From assembly GCA_016933055.1 (NCBI GenBank), contig JAFGBS010000009.1, positions 420,001-452,000 of the forward strand: DNA of 32,000 nucleotides, given 5' to 3'. Source of the stretch: Promethearchaeota archaeon (GTDB lineage Archaea > Asgardarchaeota > Lokiarchaeia > Sigyniarchaeales > Promethearchaeaceae). This document shows, piece after piece, positions 1 to 8,201 of this stretch. How positions within the stretch are numbered: the stretch's first letter is position 1; the number at the start of each line of letters is the position of its first letter. A program made the translations under genes and the position numbers. A model generated the notes under the pieces. It saw nothing but the letters and a program-made list of their open reading frames with translations. It was not told where the DNA came from and made no database searches.

Positions 1-813
1 TCAATATCCGATGCTGAACAAATCCAACACTATGCAAAAAAGAAGCCGGTTAAACGGGCATTTATCGTTGGAGGAGGACTTTTAGGGATTGAACTAGGAT
101 TTCATTTGAGAAAGATGGTAGATCAAGTACAAATTTGTGAGATTGCCCCTTATCTACTTCCTCGTCAGTTAGATAGGGAAACGTCAAAAATCCTGCAGAC
201 ATATTTGGAAGACCAAGGATTGCAATTTATTCTTGGGGATTCCGTTGAGAAAATTTTGGGGAACAACTCGTTGGAGGCTATTAGATTGCAGAGTGGTAAA
301 GAAATAGAAACTGATATGATTCTCCAACAGCTCGGAATTATTCCTAACACGGAATTGGCACAAGAAAGTAGATTAAATTCACAAAAAGGAATTATTGTGA
401 ATGAATTCATGCAAACGTCAGATCGTGATGTTTATGCGGCAGGAGATTGTATTCAATTTGAAGATAAGATTTGGGGTATCATTCCTGCAAGTATCGAACA
501 AGCAAAACAAGCTGCAGCACACATTCTTAATGAGAATCCCGAACCTTATACTCCATCAATATGGAATACTCGTCTAAAAGTCGCTGGGATTGATCTCACT
601 TGCATTGGACTTTCATCACCAGAAGCAGAAGAAGGAGCAACTCTTTATGAATATCGAAGACAGGATACCTATACATGTCGTAAGGTCATTATTCGGGATA
701 ATGTTCTCACTAATGCTATCCTCCTAGGACCCGGGGCAGACTCGAAATTCTTTCTGAAAAAAGCAGGGAAAGAAGTTGATCCTCAAGAAGTAAAAGAAAA
801 AGTCAAAGAATAA
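1..813 (+). CDS. FAD/NAD(P)H-dependent pyridine nucleotide-disulfide oxidoreductase (NADH:rubredoxin oxidoreductase / NirB-N-like), 5' truncated by window edge
   Basis: Frame 1 is open from base 1 (SISDAEQ...AFIVGGGLLGIELG, a Rossmann GxGxxG motif upstream of the ORF-track start at 106). Also the FAD motif TSDRDVYAAGDC and a Rubredoxin_C-like tail (TRLKVAGIDLTCIG...KVIIRDNVLTNAILLG). Confidence 0.88.
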   Translation, partial: SISDAEQIQHYAKKKPVKRAFIVGGGLLGIELGFHLRKMVDQVQICEIAPYLLPRQLDRETSKILQTYLEDQGLQFILGDSVEKILGNNSLEAIRLQSGKEIETDMILQQLGIIPNTELAQESRLNSQKGIIVNEFMQTSDRDVYAAGDCIQFEDKIWGIIPASIEQAKQAAAHILNENPEPYTPSIWNTRLKVAGIDLTCIGLSSPEAEEGATLYEYRRQDTYTCRKVIIRDNVLTNAILLGPGADSKFFLKKAGKEVDPQEVKEKVKE

Positions 814-912
814 GACAACTTCTTAGGAAATTTATTCAAATAGTTGGAACAAAGTTATAAAAAGACAAAGATCCCTCTATTTACTAACTACATTTTAGTG
901 AGGAATACTATA

Positions 913-2379
913 ATGCCAGAAAATACGGAAAATGAGTTTATAATAGAGGAACGCAATAAATTTGGTAAACCAAAAATGAGTCCGAATACTCCAGGAAAGC
1001 TGAAGTATGGTCGAACATTTTTAATCGGTTTAGCCTTTTTTACATGTTCCTTAGCATGGACTTATTATAATAATATAATGCCTTTGATTTTAAGAGAATA
1101 TATGGAAGCAATGGGATTAGGGAATGAAATTGATGTACTTGTAGGCGTTATAATGGTCTTGGATAATATAGTAGCAATATTCTTGCTACCGGTATTTGGA
1201 AGCTTATCCGATCGGATGAAATCCAAATATGGAAAGCGGACTCCATTTATTGTGATTGGAGTCATTAGTGCAATGACCGCATTTTATGGATTAGGAATAA
1301 TTTATAATTTTCCTGGAGTTGCAGCTTTCTGGGCTTTAATATTAGTAATTATGTGGTTCAATATTTCAATGGCATTCTTTAGAAGCCCGGCTGTAGCATT
1401 AATGCCAGATATGACCGACCCAAATGTTCGATCCACAGGTAATGCGATCATTAATTTAATGGGAGCCGTAGCAATGGTTTTTGGAACACTAACACCCACC
1501 ATTGCTAGATTTTTATATGGACCCGCCAATCAACGCACAGGGGGATTTTTCATCGTTGTGTTTATCACCATAATTGGGTTTGTGATATTCTATTTGACTA
1601 TAAAAGAAACTCCAACGGGTGATAAATTTATGAGAATTGGTGATAATAGTATTGCACTGGATCCCGTAACCCTCGAATATATTGGGGAAAAGAAAACTGA
1701 AAAACGAGAACCACTTCTCGAGGCTTTAAAAAATATATTCATCGGAAAAGAACGAAGCGCATTATTTATGCTACTCGTGATATTCACTTGGTTCTTTGGA
1801 TATAATGCTATCAATACTTGGTACTCTACGTATGCTACTGCATATTTAGGTTGGGAAGAAGCCGATGCGATACGTGCTTTGTCACTTGCACCTATAGCTA
1901 TGATTATTACCGCTATTTTTGCAGGAAAAATTGCTGAATGGATTGGACGAAGACTAACAATCTTTATTGGATTAGTTGGCCTTGCGCTGGGTTTTGGAGC
2001 TGTTATGTTTATAAGAGATCCTGAACCTCAAGGTATGCTACTTACTGTTCTTTTTATCATCATTGGGATTTTTTATGGACTCGTTAATATCAATACAATT
2101 GTGATAATTTGGGAAATGGCACCGAAGAATAAGATTGGTTCATATACAGGCGCATATTACTTTTTCTCCCAAATGAGTGATACTTTAAGTCCAGTCGTTG
2201 CAGGTGGACTTTTCAGTCTTTATAAAGCGATATCAGGTGTAGCACAAGGTCAACAATACGTTCTCTTATTTCCTTACGCAATATTTTGTCTATTGGTCGC
2301 TATGATCTTTTTAAGCAGAGTAAAAAGAGGAGAATCTGCACAATATTACGAAAGGAAAGAACGCAGAAAAAATAAATAG
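913..2379 (+). CDS. MFS transporter (SLC45/maltose-sucrose-like)
   Basis: About 12 hydrophobic segments and MFS motif-A-like GSLSDRMKSKYGKRTPF and GKIAEWIGRR. ATG at 913 preferred over the TTG at 844. Confidence 0.9.
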   Translation: MPENTENEFIIEERNKFGKPKMSPNTPGKLKYGRTFLIGLAFFTCSLAWTYYNNIMPLILREYMEAMGLGNEIDVLVGVIMVLDNIVAIFLLPVFGSLSDRMKSKYGKRTPFIVIGVISAMTAFYGLGIIYNFPGVAAFWALILVIMWFNISMAFFRSPAVALMPDMTDPNVRSTGNAIINLMGAVAMVFGTLTPTIARFLYGPANQRTGGFFIVVFITIIGFVIFYLTIKETPTGDKFMRIGDNSIALDPVTLEYIGEKKTEKREPLLEALKNIFIGKERSALFMLLVIFTWFFGYNAINTWYSTYATAYLGWEEADAIRALSLAPIAMIITAIFAGKIAEWIGRRLTIFIGLVGLALGFGAVMFIRDPEPQGMLLTVLFIIIGIFYGLVNINTIVIIWEMAPKNKIGSYTGAYYFFSQMSDTLSPVVAGGLFSLYKAISGVAQGQQYVLLFPYAIFCLLVAMIFLSRVKRGESAQYYERKERRKNK

Positions 2380-2407
2380 TTTGAATAAAACCGAAATATA
2401 ATATTCC

Positions 2408-2422
2408 ATTTTTTCTTTTTTT
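2408..2422 (+). terminator. T-tract archaeal-type terminator between convergent genes
   Basis: attttttcttttttt lies about 30 nt after the MFS stop codon. Confidence 0.5.
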
Positions 2423-3066
2423 TATATGGTTGCGCTAATTGTCACTGGATCATTCCCTATGATGGAATCTTCATTGTCTTTGACAATTCTCATAATCATT
2501 TCTGCAGCAGCCTTGTTATATACTTTATATTCATCGATATCCTCTGCACAAGTCACGTAGTAATCTTGAACTTTTATTCGTCGTTTTTCAAAATATCTTT
2601 GCACTTTTTTCTCCCATTCTTCTGCTTTCTCAATACCCCCTTTTTTATCTACGAGATCAAATTTATTAAAACATACATAAATGTCTCGTGGAATATGCCG
2701 GACGGAGCTGAAAAATTCGAGTTGGTCATCTAAATCTTGATCTAAGGAGAAGACTGCCACGATTTGTTTGGCTATTCTACTTATCGTTATTATGCCCATT
2801 CTTACCACTGCTCTTTCTTTATCTCCACCTGGGGCAAATAAGGTATGGTTATGACTGTCCTTATCTGAAAAATATACTCGGTTGGGGTGAATCGTCTTTG
2901 TGGTTACCGGGATATCTTGATCATATGCAGTGCTTTCCCCACTAAAATCACTCTTAAGTACGGTACATGTTTTTTTCAAGGTTTTGTGTTGACAGTAGTC
3001 GACAAATAATCTGAGTAAGCTGGTTTTCCCAGCATTAACACTCCCTAAGAATCCGATCGTTGTCAT
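2422..3066 (-). CDS. Small GTPase, MglA/Rup-like with non-canonical G3
   Basis: G1 GSVNAGKTS, G2 TTKTI, G3 region TLFAPGGD (no Asp of DxxG, similar to MglA TVPGQ), G4 FNKFD, G5 TCA. Confidence 0.8.
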   Translation of the reverse strand: MTTIGFLGSVNAGKTSLLRLFVDYCQHKTLKKTCTVLKSDFSGESTAYDQDIPVTTKTIHPNRVYFSDKDSHNHTLFAPGGDKERAVVRMGIITISRIAKQIVAVFSLDQDLDDQLEFFSSVRHIPRDIYVCFNKFDLVDKKGGIEKAEEWEKKVQRYFEKRRIKVQDYYVTCAEDIDEYKVYNKAAAEMIMRIVKDNEDSIIGNDPVTISATI

Positions 3067-3163
3067 CTGCTAATGCTTCCTAAATGAGTTATCTTACTAT
3101 AATTCGAATATCCAAGATACATCCTATTGAATTAACCCTTAAAATCACGATATTATGGTGATG

Positions 3164-3556
3164 TTACGATTTTTTCAAGGATTTCACAATCAGATGAGCT
3201 GTTTGATTATTCAAGGCAATAGGTACATCTTTAATAACACAGATACGGATCAGGCTACTAATATCAACTTCGTGACCAAATGGGGTTTCCATATCAATAA
3301 AAAAGAACAAGACTAATATCTCTCCATCCAACACTTTATTTGCCAGTCGTATATCTCCACCATCTGGTCCATGATCCAGTGGAATAACATTCAATCCCGT
3401 TTTTTCACTTATGATTCGAGCAGTACCCTCCGTACCAATCAACAAATGTTGGGACAGAAATTCTTTATGTTCTTGAGCAAACATACAAATTTCGTCTTTT
3501 TTCGCATTATGGGCAATCAATGCGATCTTCTTTCCATTCATAAGCATAAATTGCAT
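3164..3556 (-). CDS. mgsA: Methylglyoxal synthase or MGS-like protein
   Basis: KKIALIAHNAKK, GPDGGD, FFFID, GHEVDISSLIR and VPIALN match the MgsA pattern, with several substitutions (see findings). Confidence 0.8.
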   Translation of the reverse strand: MQFMLMNGKKIALIAHNAKKDEICMFAQEHKEFLSQHLLIGTEGTARIISEKTGLNVIPLDHGPDGGDIRLANKVLDGEILVLFFFIDMETPFGHEVDISSLIRICVIKDVPIALNNQTAHLIVKSLKKS

Positions 3557-3613
3557 TCCATATATAAAAGTATGAGTTTAGAAATGATAAGAGAAGTGTG
3601 TATTGCTTTTTAT

Positions 3614-5536
3614 CTAATAGTCATATACAGTTTGCACTTCCTTAATTACCAGTCCCACTAAGTCTTGTATTTTGGAGATTGGATGAAAAATCGCTCCTAA
3701 AGAGATCAACTCTTTGAAATGGGGGGAATTCAAGTCGGATTTGTGCCCTCCAATAAAAAAACAGACCAATTTATTACCCATGTTCAATAATTCTAGAATA
3801 TCTGGATATGCGATTTCCCAATTTTGGATTTCGAAATCAGTAATCAATAACACAACAGAATTTCGTTCTCCCTTTCTGCACATTTGTCTGATTTCACGAG
3901 TAGGTAATTGAGTACCCATTCCTTGATATTTCAATAATATATCTTCAATCAATCGTGGTTCTGTTGTCCAATTTTGGTTGGAGGAAAAATCACTGAAATT
4001 AATTGCTGCAATTTTAATGCCTTTTTTTATTCCATAATGAAGTGCAGCGAACGATGCGACTAATGCAAGATGGTAAGAACTCTTATTTTTTTTACCGCTA
4101 GAGACTGTCCATTCCATGGAACCCGATGAATCTATAACAATCATCATATCAGGTAAACGTTTGTCAATTTCTATTCCCGGTCCTTCACGATAAATCCACT
4201 TCCGAGTGGTAATATTAGGGATGATCTTAGGAGAAACTAACATAGACTGGAGGATGTCAAGTTTTTCTATGGGGTCACCAATGATCCAAGGCTCAATTCC
4301 TATAGGAATAGAACCTGTGGGTCGTTTACTCACAATTTTGAATTCTACAAGATTTTTAGACAACCCTCTATAGTATGTTGCAATTACATCTCTATTAGGA
4401 ATGAAACCCATTACTTGATTTACTCTGATAAATTCTTCCAAAGTCATTTCATTTGCAAGTTCCTCTGCATTTTTTACATCTTCACTGTCTGGTTCTTTTT
4501 TATTCCATTTATTTGTATTTTGAGGATTTTTTGGTCCCACTTTTATTTCCAAGGGATTACCGCTTGTCACTTGGACATCTAAAGGTATCAAAACGGGAAA
4601 CTGAGCGCTCTCGGAACCCGGAACTGTTGGGACATCAGAATATTCTCCTATCTTTACCTTTATAGTAGCCTTAGGAAAATCCTCTTCAATAATTCCCTTC
4701 AGCAATTTAGCAATTGCATATATTTTTTTTTCCCACACCGATTCATTTTCAAAATCATGTAAAATTATTGAAGATATTTGCTTAGCAAGCGGTGTTATCT
4801 CCTCGTATTCTTCTTTGGACAAGTTCAAGTTTAAGTCCCACATACATTCGTAGCATTTAATTAAAATTTTGTAGAATTTACTATGTTGAGGATTCTCTTT
4901 TGATTTACCAACAGAATCACTCATTTTCATCGTTTCTCGTAATTGAAACACCATTTCTTTTGGCTTTTTTTGATATAATTTGTAATCCACTACAAGGTCT
5001 GCAAAGAAATTGACTACGATTGGACTAAGTCTGTAATGAATATGCTTTAAAGTTGCTTTAATAAGGCGAGCGTTAGTGAGTGCATCATACGGACAGACAA
5101 TATAATGGCTTATCTCATGAAGTGATAATACATTATAAAAATCAAAAAGTTGGTCCTTAAACAAAAGTGTAGGCGCATTAGACAAATTTAGTATGGTTTT
5201 CCATGTATCTAACTCAATGAAAAATCCGATTAATTTGGATTTATCAAATACAAATGAAGGATCGGGAATTGCAGGTGTATGAAAATGCGAGATCGCCTTA
5301 TCCCATGCCTCTTTACCGATCAACAGGCTTGATTCATCTGTTTCAGACAGACAGATATCTATTTTTCCATTGAAATAATCATCTATTTCAGTGTATTCTA
5401 TGAATATAACATCTTTTCCATAATTAACAGGTTTTTTTTTGGTACCTTTCTCCCTTGTGGGATACCAACGTCTTTTTCCTTTGCTTCTCCCTAATTGTGG
5501 TAGAAAGAGAGGTCGTTTTCTGTCGTTCTCTGACAT
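3614..5536 (-). CDS. vWA-domain protein with N-terminal HExxH metallopeptidase-like domain (MoxR partner)
   Basis: LHEISH (5105-5119) followed by NFFAD; MIDAS DSSGS (4118-4132), GMGTQ and LLITD at the C-terminus; 9 nt downstream of the MoxR gene. Confidence 0.82.
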   Translation of the reverse strand: MSENDRKRPLFLPQLGRSKGKRRWYPTREKGTKKKPVNYGKDVIFIEYTEIDDYFNGKIDICLSETDESSLLIGKEAWDKAISHFHTPAIPDPSFVFDKSKLIGFFIELDTWKTILNLSNAPTLLFKDQLFDFYNVLSLHEISHYIVCPYDALTNARLIKATLKHIHYRLSPIVVNFFADLVVDYKLYQKKPKEMVFQLRETMKMSDSVGKSKENPQHSKFYKILIKCYECMWDLNLNLSKEEYEEITPLAKQISSIILHDFENESVWEKKIYAIAKLLKGIIEEDFPKATIKVKIGEYSDVPTVPGSESAQFPVLIPLDVQVTSGNPLEIKVGPKNPQNTNKWNKKEPDSEDVKNAEELANEMTLEEFIRVNQVMGFIPNRDVIATYYRGLSKNLVEFKIVSKRPTGSIPIGIEPWIIGDPIEKLDILQSMLVSPKIIPNITTRKWIYREGPGIEIDKRLPDMMIVIDSSGSMEWTVSSGKKNKSSYHLALVASFAALHYGIKKGIKIAAINFSDFSSNQNWTTEPRLIEDILLKYQGMGTQLPTREIRQMCRKGERNSVVLLITDFEIQNWEIAYPDILELLNMGNKLVCFFIGGHKSDLNSPHFKELISLGAIFHPISKIQDLVGLVIKEVQTVYDY

Positions 5537-5545
5537 ATTTCCATT

Positions 5546-7555
5546 TCAACTATTTTTTAAGATGTCATCCACTAGTTTATCGACTTCCGAATCACCCTGT
5601 TCGGATTCTTCCCGATTTTTTTCTGATGAACTACTAACAGGAGTAGATGAAACAGGTTGATTAAAAGAACTAATAAACTCTTCAGTTGTGAGCATTACAT
5701 CGTAATTTTCTTTAGGATAAGTTTCTTCTAGGAGTTTCTTTAATGCAAGTGCTTTTCTACCCCCGTGGCAATTGATTTGCACTAAAGAATTAGGTGTTGT
5801 GCCCGTAACATTTATTTGTAAAAATAAATCTGCTTCTCTAAGTTGAATAGTACTTTGTTTTTTTGTACTCTCTTCCAATGCTTTGGAAAACCTTATGAAA
5901 TTGCTGGATATGGTATAACGAACCACATCCCAGTATTGAAATCGAAATTCTCGCGCCCAATACGTTAATTCTTTCAGTGCATTTCCGATCATATTTATCA
6001 ACTCACCTCGATTAGGGAAGGTGAGATTTGTTTGAAGCATCTCGTTAATTTCTACTAACTTGTCTAAATTTTGCCCATTATGATATTTTTGGATTAATTT
6101 TACGGTACGTTTGTAATCCGCATTGTTTAAAGACTCAACCAATGGAATTAGGTCTAATTTTGTGATAAGATCACTCGATTCGAACCCTTTAAGATACTCC
6201 CAATCCTTCTCCGTTCCTTTTCCTTCTCGAAACTTATCTAAAATTTCATAGCATTTTTCTCGGTTAACAAATCTCTTTTTTGCTTTCTCCACAAGATCTT
6301 CAGTAAACTTGAATTTATTTCCCCAGTAAGGTTTATCATTTAGTTCCCGATTCACAAATTTTACACGATGAGAGATCACATATGGTGCAATAGGAGCAAT
6401 TAATTCAATGGGGACTTCAGAAAATCCTAATAACCAAGATAACGCTTTAGAATATCTAAGTAAATCCTTTGCGACACGAACAGATAAAATAGAGGTGACT
6501 TTATTGCATACTAATTTTGTTAAGTTGAAATGGCACCCGGTACACAATCCGGTTTCAGGAGTTAAATAATCGGAATTTCCTTTATCGATTCGATCACATA
6601 ATGTAAATTCCCGGATAATTGAATGAATAAAATTTTCTGCCGATTTTCCGACTTGTACTTTGTCAACAAGGAACCAAATACTTAAAAGCTGCTCTTTGGT
6701 TAAAATTCCAGGCACTTGTACCAACTCATCATATCCCAGCAATTTATCGTCCTTACTTTCCAATATAATGGATAGGTCATGCGTAGTTGGCATACTGATA
6801 TATACTGATATTGAAAATCTGTCGAGAAATGGAGGAGACATCTCGAATGTACCCACATCTCCGGGATTTAATGTAGCAAACATAACGTATTTATCTGTAG
6901 GATAGATTTTATCGTAGTATTTAACCTTTCCTTCCGCTAACATAGAAAGAAGCATGTTCTGTGCATAAGGTGATAATCGATTAACTTCATCCAAGATCTT
7001 CCAAAAGGAGGTTGTAAAGGTTCTCCAAAGCACTTCCTCTTCTCCGGATTGCAATAATTTAGCGATATTGAGAGTTGCAATCATTTTTTCTTCTGTTAAT
7101 TGAGGATGGGCACGAATAATACATTCCTCTGTGGCAGCCATAGATAAACCTGTAAACATTCTTCCAAGGTGCTTTACTAATGTGCTTTTCCCTCCACCAT
7201 GACCTCCAATGAGAAGCATTGCAGAATTTGGTACCAATGCATTTAATATTGTAATTGTAAGTATCTGAGGTAGTTCAAGAATAAGCATCTTCGACTGTTT
7301 TGAGGCATCCATATTATCATTAGTATCCTCGGGAAGATGAGTTTCTTCTATTTTTAATTTGTTTGATTTAAAATATTTCCGAATCTTGGATATGAAATCA
7401 TCATTCTGGAATAAAATTGGAATACTTTCTACGTTCATCCCTTGCGTATTGATCTTAAACTTCATTACAGAGGAATGCACATATAGTTGATTTGCTTGAA
7501 TCGTGTTTAATATTTCCCAAACCTTTGATCTAAGAATATTTTCATTATTATTCAT
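5546..7555 (-). CDS. MoxR-like AAA+ ATPase with C-terminal extension
   Basis: Walker A GGHGGGKST, Walker B ILDEVNR, sensor-1 FATLNP, R-finger PFLDRF, sensor-2 SVR. About 250 extra C-terminal residues. Confidence 0.88.
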   Translation of the reverse strand: MNNNENILRSKVWEILNTIQANQLYVHSSVMKFKINTQGMNVESIPILFQNDDFISKIRKYFKSNKLKIEETHLPEDTNDNMDASKQSKMLILELPQILTITILNALVPNSAMLLIGGHGGGKSTLVKHLGRMFTGLSMAATEECIIRAHPQLTEEKMIATLNIAKLLQSGEEEVLWRTFTTSFWKILDEVNRLSPYAQNMLLSMLAEGKVKYYDKIYPTDKYVMFATLNPGDVGTFEMSPPFLDRFSISVYISMPTTHDLSIILESKDDKLLGYDELVQVPGILTKEQLLSIWFLVDKVQVGKSAENFIHSIIREFTLCDRIDKGNSDYLTPETGLCTGCHFNLTKLVCNKVTSILSVRVAKDLLRYSKALSWLLGFSEVPIELIAPIAPYVISHRVKFVNRELNDKPYWGNKFKFTEDLVEKAKKRFVNREKCYEILDKFREGKGTEKDWEYLKGFESSDLITKLDLIPLVESLNNADYKRTVKLIQKYHNGQNLDKLVEINEMLQTNLTFPNRGELINMIGNALKELTYWAREFRFQYWDVVRYTISSNFIRFSKALEESTKKQSTIQLREADLFLQINVTGTTPNSLVQINCHGGRKALALKKLLEETYPKENYDVMLTTEEFISSFNQPVSSTPVSSSSEKNREESEQGDSEVDKLVDDILKNS

Positions 7556-7603
7556 GAACTTGACCTAAAATTTATCCTAGAAAGAAGAGGTGTGGTGAAT
7601 ATT

Positions 7604-7611
7604 TAAGTGTA
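7604..7611 (-). promoter_or_regulatory. Candidate TATA box for the moxR-vWA pair
   Basis: CTTAAATA on the minus strand about 50 nt upstream of the moxR ATG, in the 85-nt gap after phnN. Confidence 0.3.
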
Positions 7612-7640
7612 TTGCAGTGTAATAGAGGGGAAATTTCTCA

Positions 7641-8189
7641 TCATACTTCCGACAAAATATAATCTAACATCGATTTTGCAGCTTCCTTTAAATCCCCACG
7701 ATTATCTACAATAAAATCTGCATCTGATAAATATTGGTTTTTAAGTGCCCGAGTTAACCTTTTTTGCATTGCCTTGGGATCTTCCCGTCCACGTTCCTTT
7801 AATCGTACTACCGTTATTTCAAATGGAACATGTACGAAAATCACACGCAAGTTATGGAATTGTTTGCGTGCTTCTTCAATTATTTTTCTACTCACATTGA
7901 CGACTACGGGATGACCTTTTTTTATCCACTCGAGGATTTCAGTTCTAATTCCATAATGCAGACCGTAAATATACCATGAAAAAATGAATTTTCCCTCGCT
8001 TTCCCATTTAAGAAAAGTGTTCTCATCTACTGACTCAAAAATTTCGGTTTCGGGTGAAAGGGGTCGAGTAATTACTCTTGTGGGAATTTTTATAGATTTT
8101 TGATTTTTCGGATACATTTTTTCCACCTCTTGTATCAACGAATCCTTTCCTGAACCAGAATTTCCCACAACAAAAAATAATTTACTCAC
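7641..8189 (-). CDS. phnN: Ribose 1,5-bisphosphate phosphokinase (PhnN, guanylate-kinase fold)
   Basis: VVGNSGSGKDSL, RVITRP, SWYIYGLHYGI, VVVNVSR and RLKERGRE fit PhnN better than Gmk. Confidence 0.75.
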   Translation of the reverse strand: MSKLFFVVGNSGSGKDSLIQEVEKMYPKNQKSIKIPTRVITRPLSPETEIFESVDENTFLKWESEGKFIFSWYIYGLHYGIRTEILEWIKKGHPVVVNVSRKIIEEARKQFHNLRVIFVHVPFEITVVRLKERGREDPKAMQKRLTRALKNQYLSDADFIVDNRGDLKEAAKSMLDYILSEV

Positions 8190-8201
8190 TTGAATGACCT
8201 T

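Noticed and set aside
5549-5590. MoxR C-terminal DSEVDKLVDDILKNS as an ESCRT MIT-interacting motif
   Set aside because: It is amphipathic but does not match the MIM1 LxxRLxxL pattern, and no ESCRT genes are in the window.
5546-7555. Magnesium/cobalt chelatase ChlI/D-type system
   Set aside because: No large chelatase subunit or tetrapyrrole genes nearby, and the partner has an HExxH domain. It cannot be fully excluded without an HMM search.
7641-8189. Guanylate kinase
   Set aside because: It lacks the Gmk-typical TTRxxRxGExxGxxYxF; SWYIYGLHYGI and VNVSR fit PhnN.
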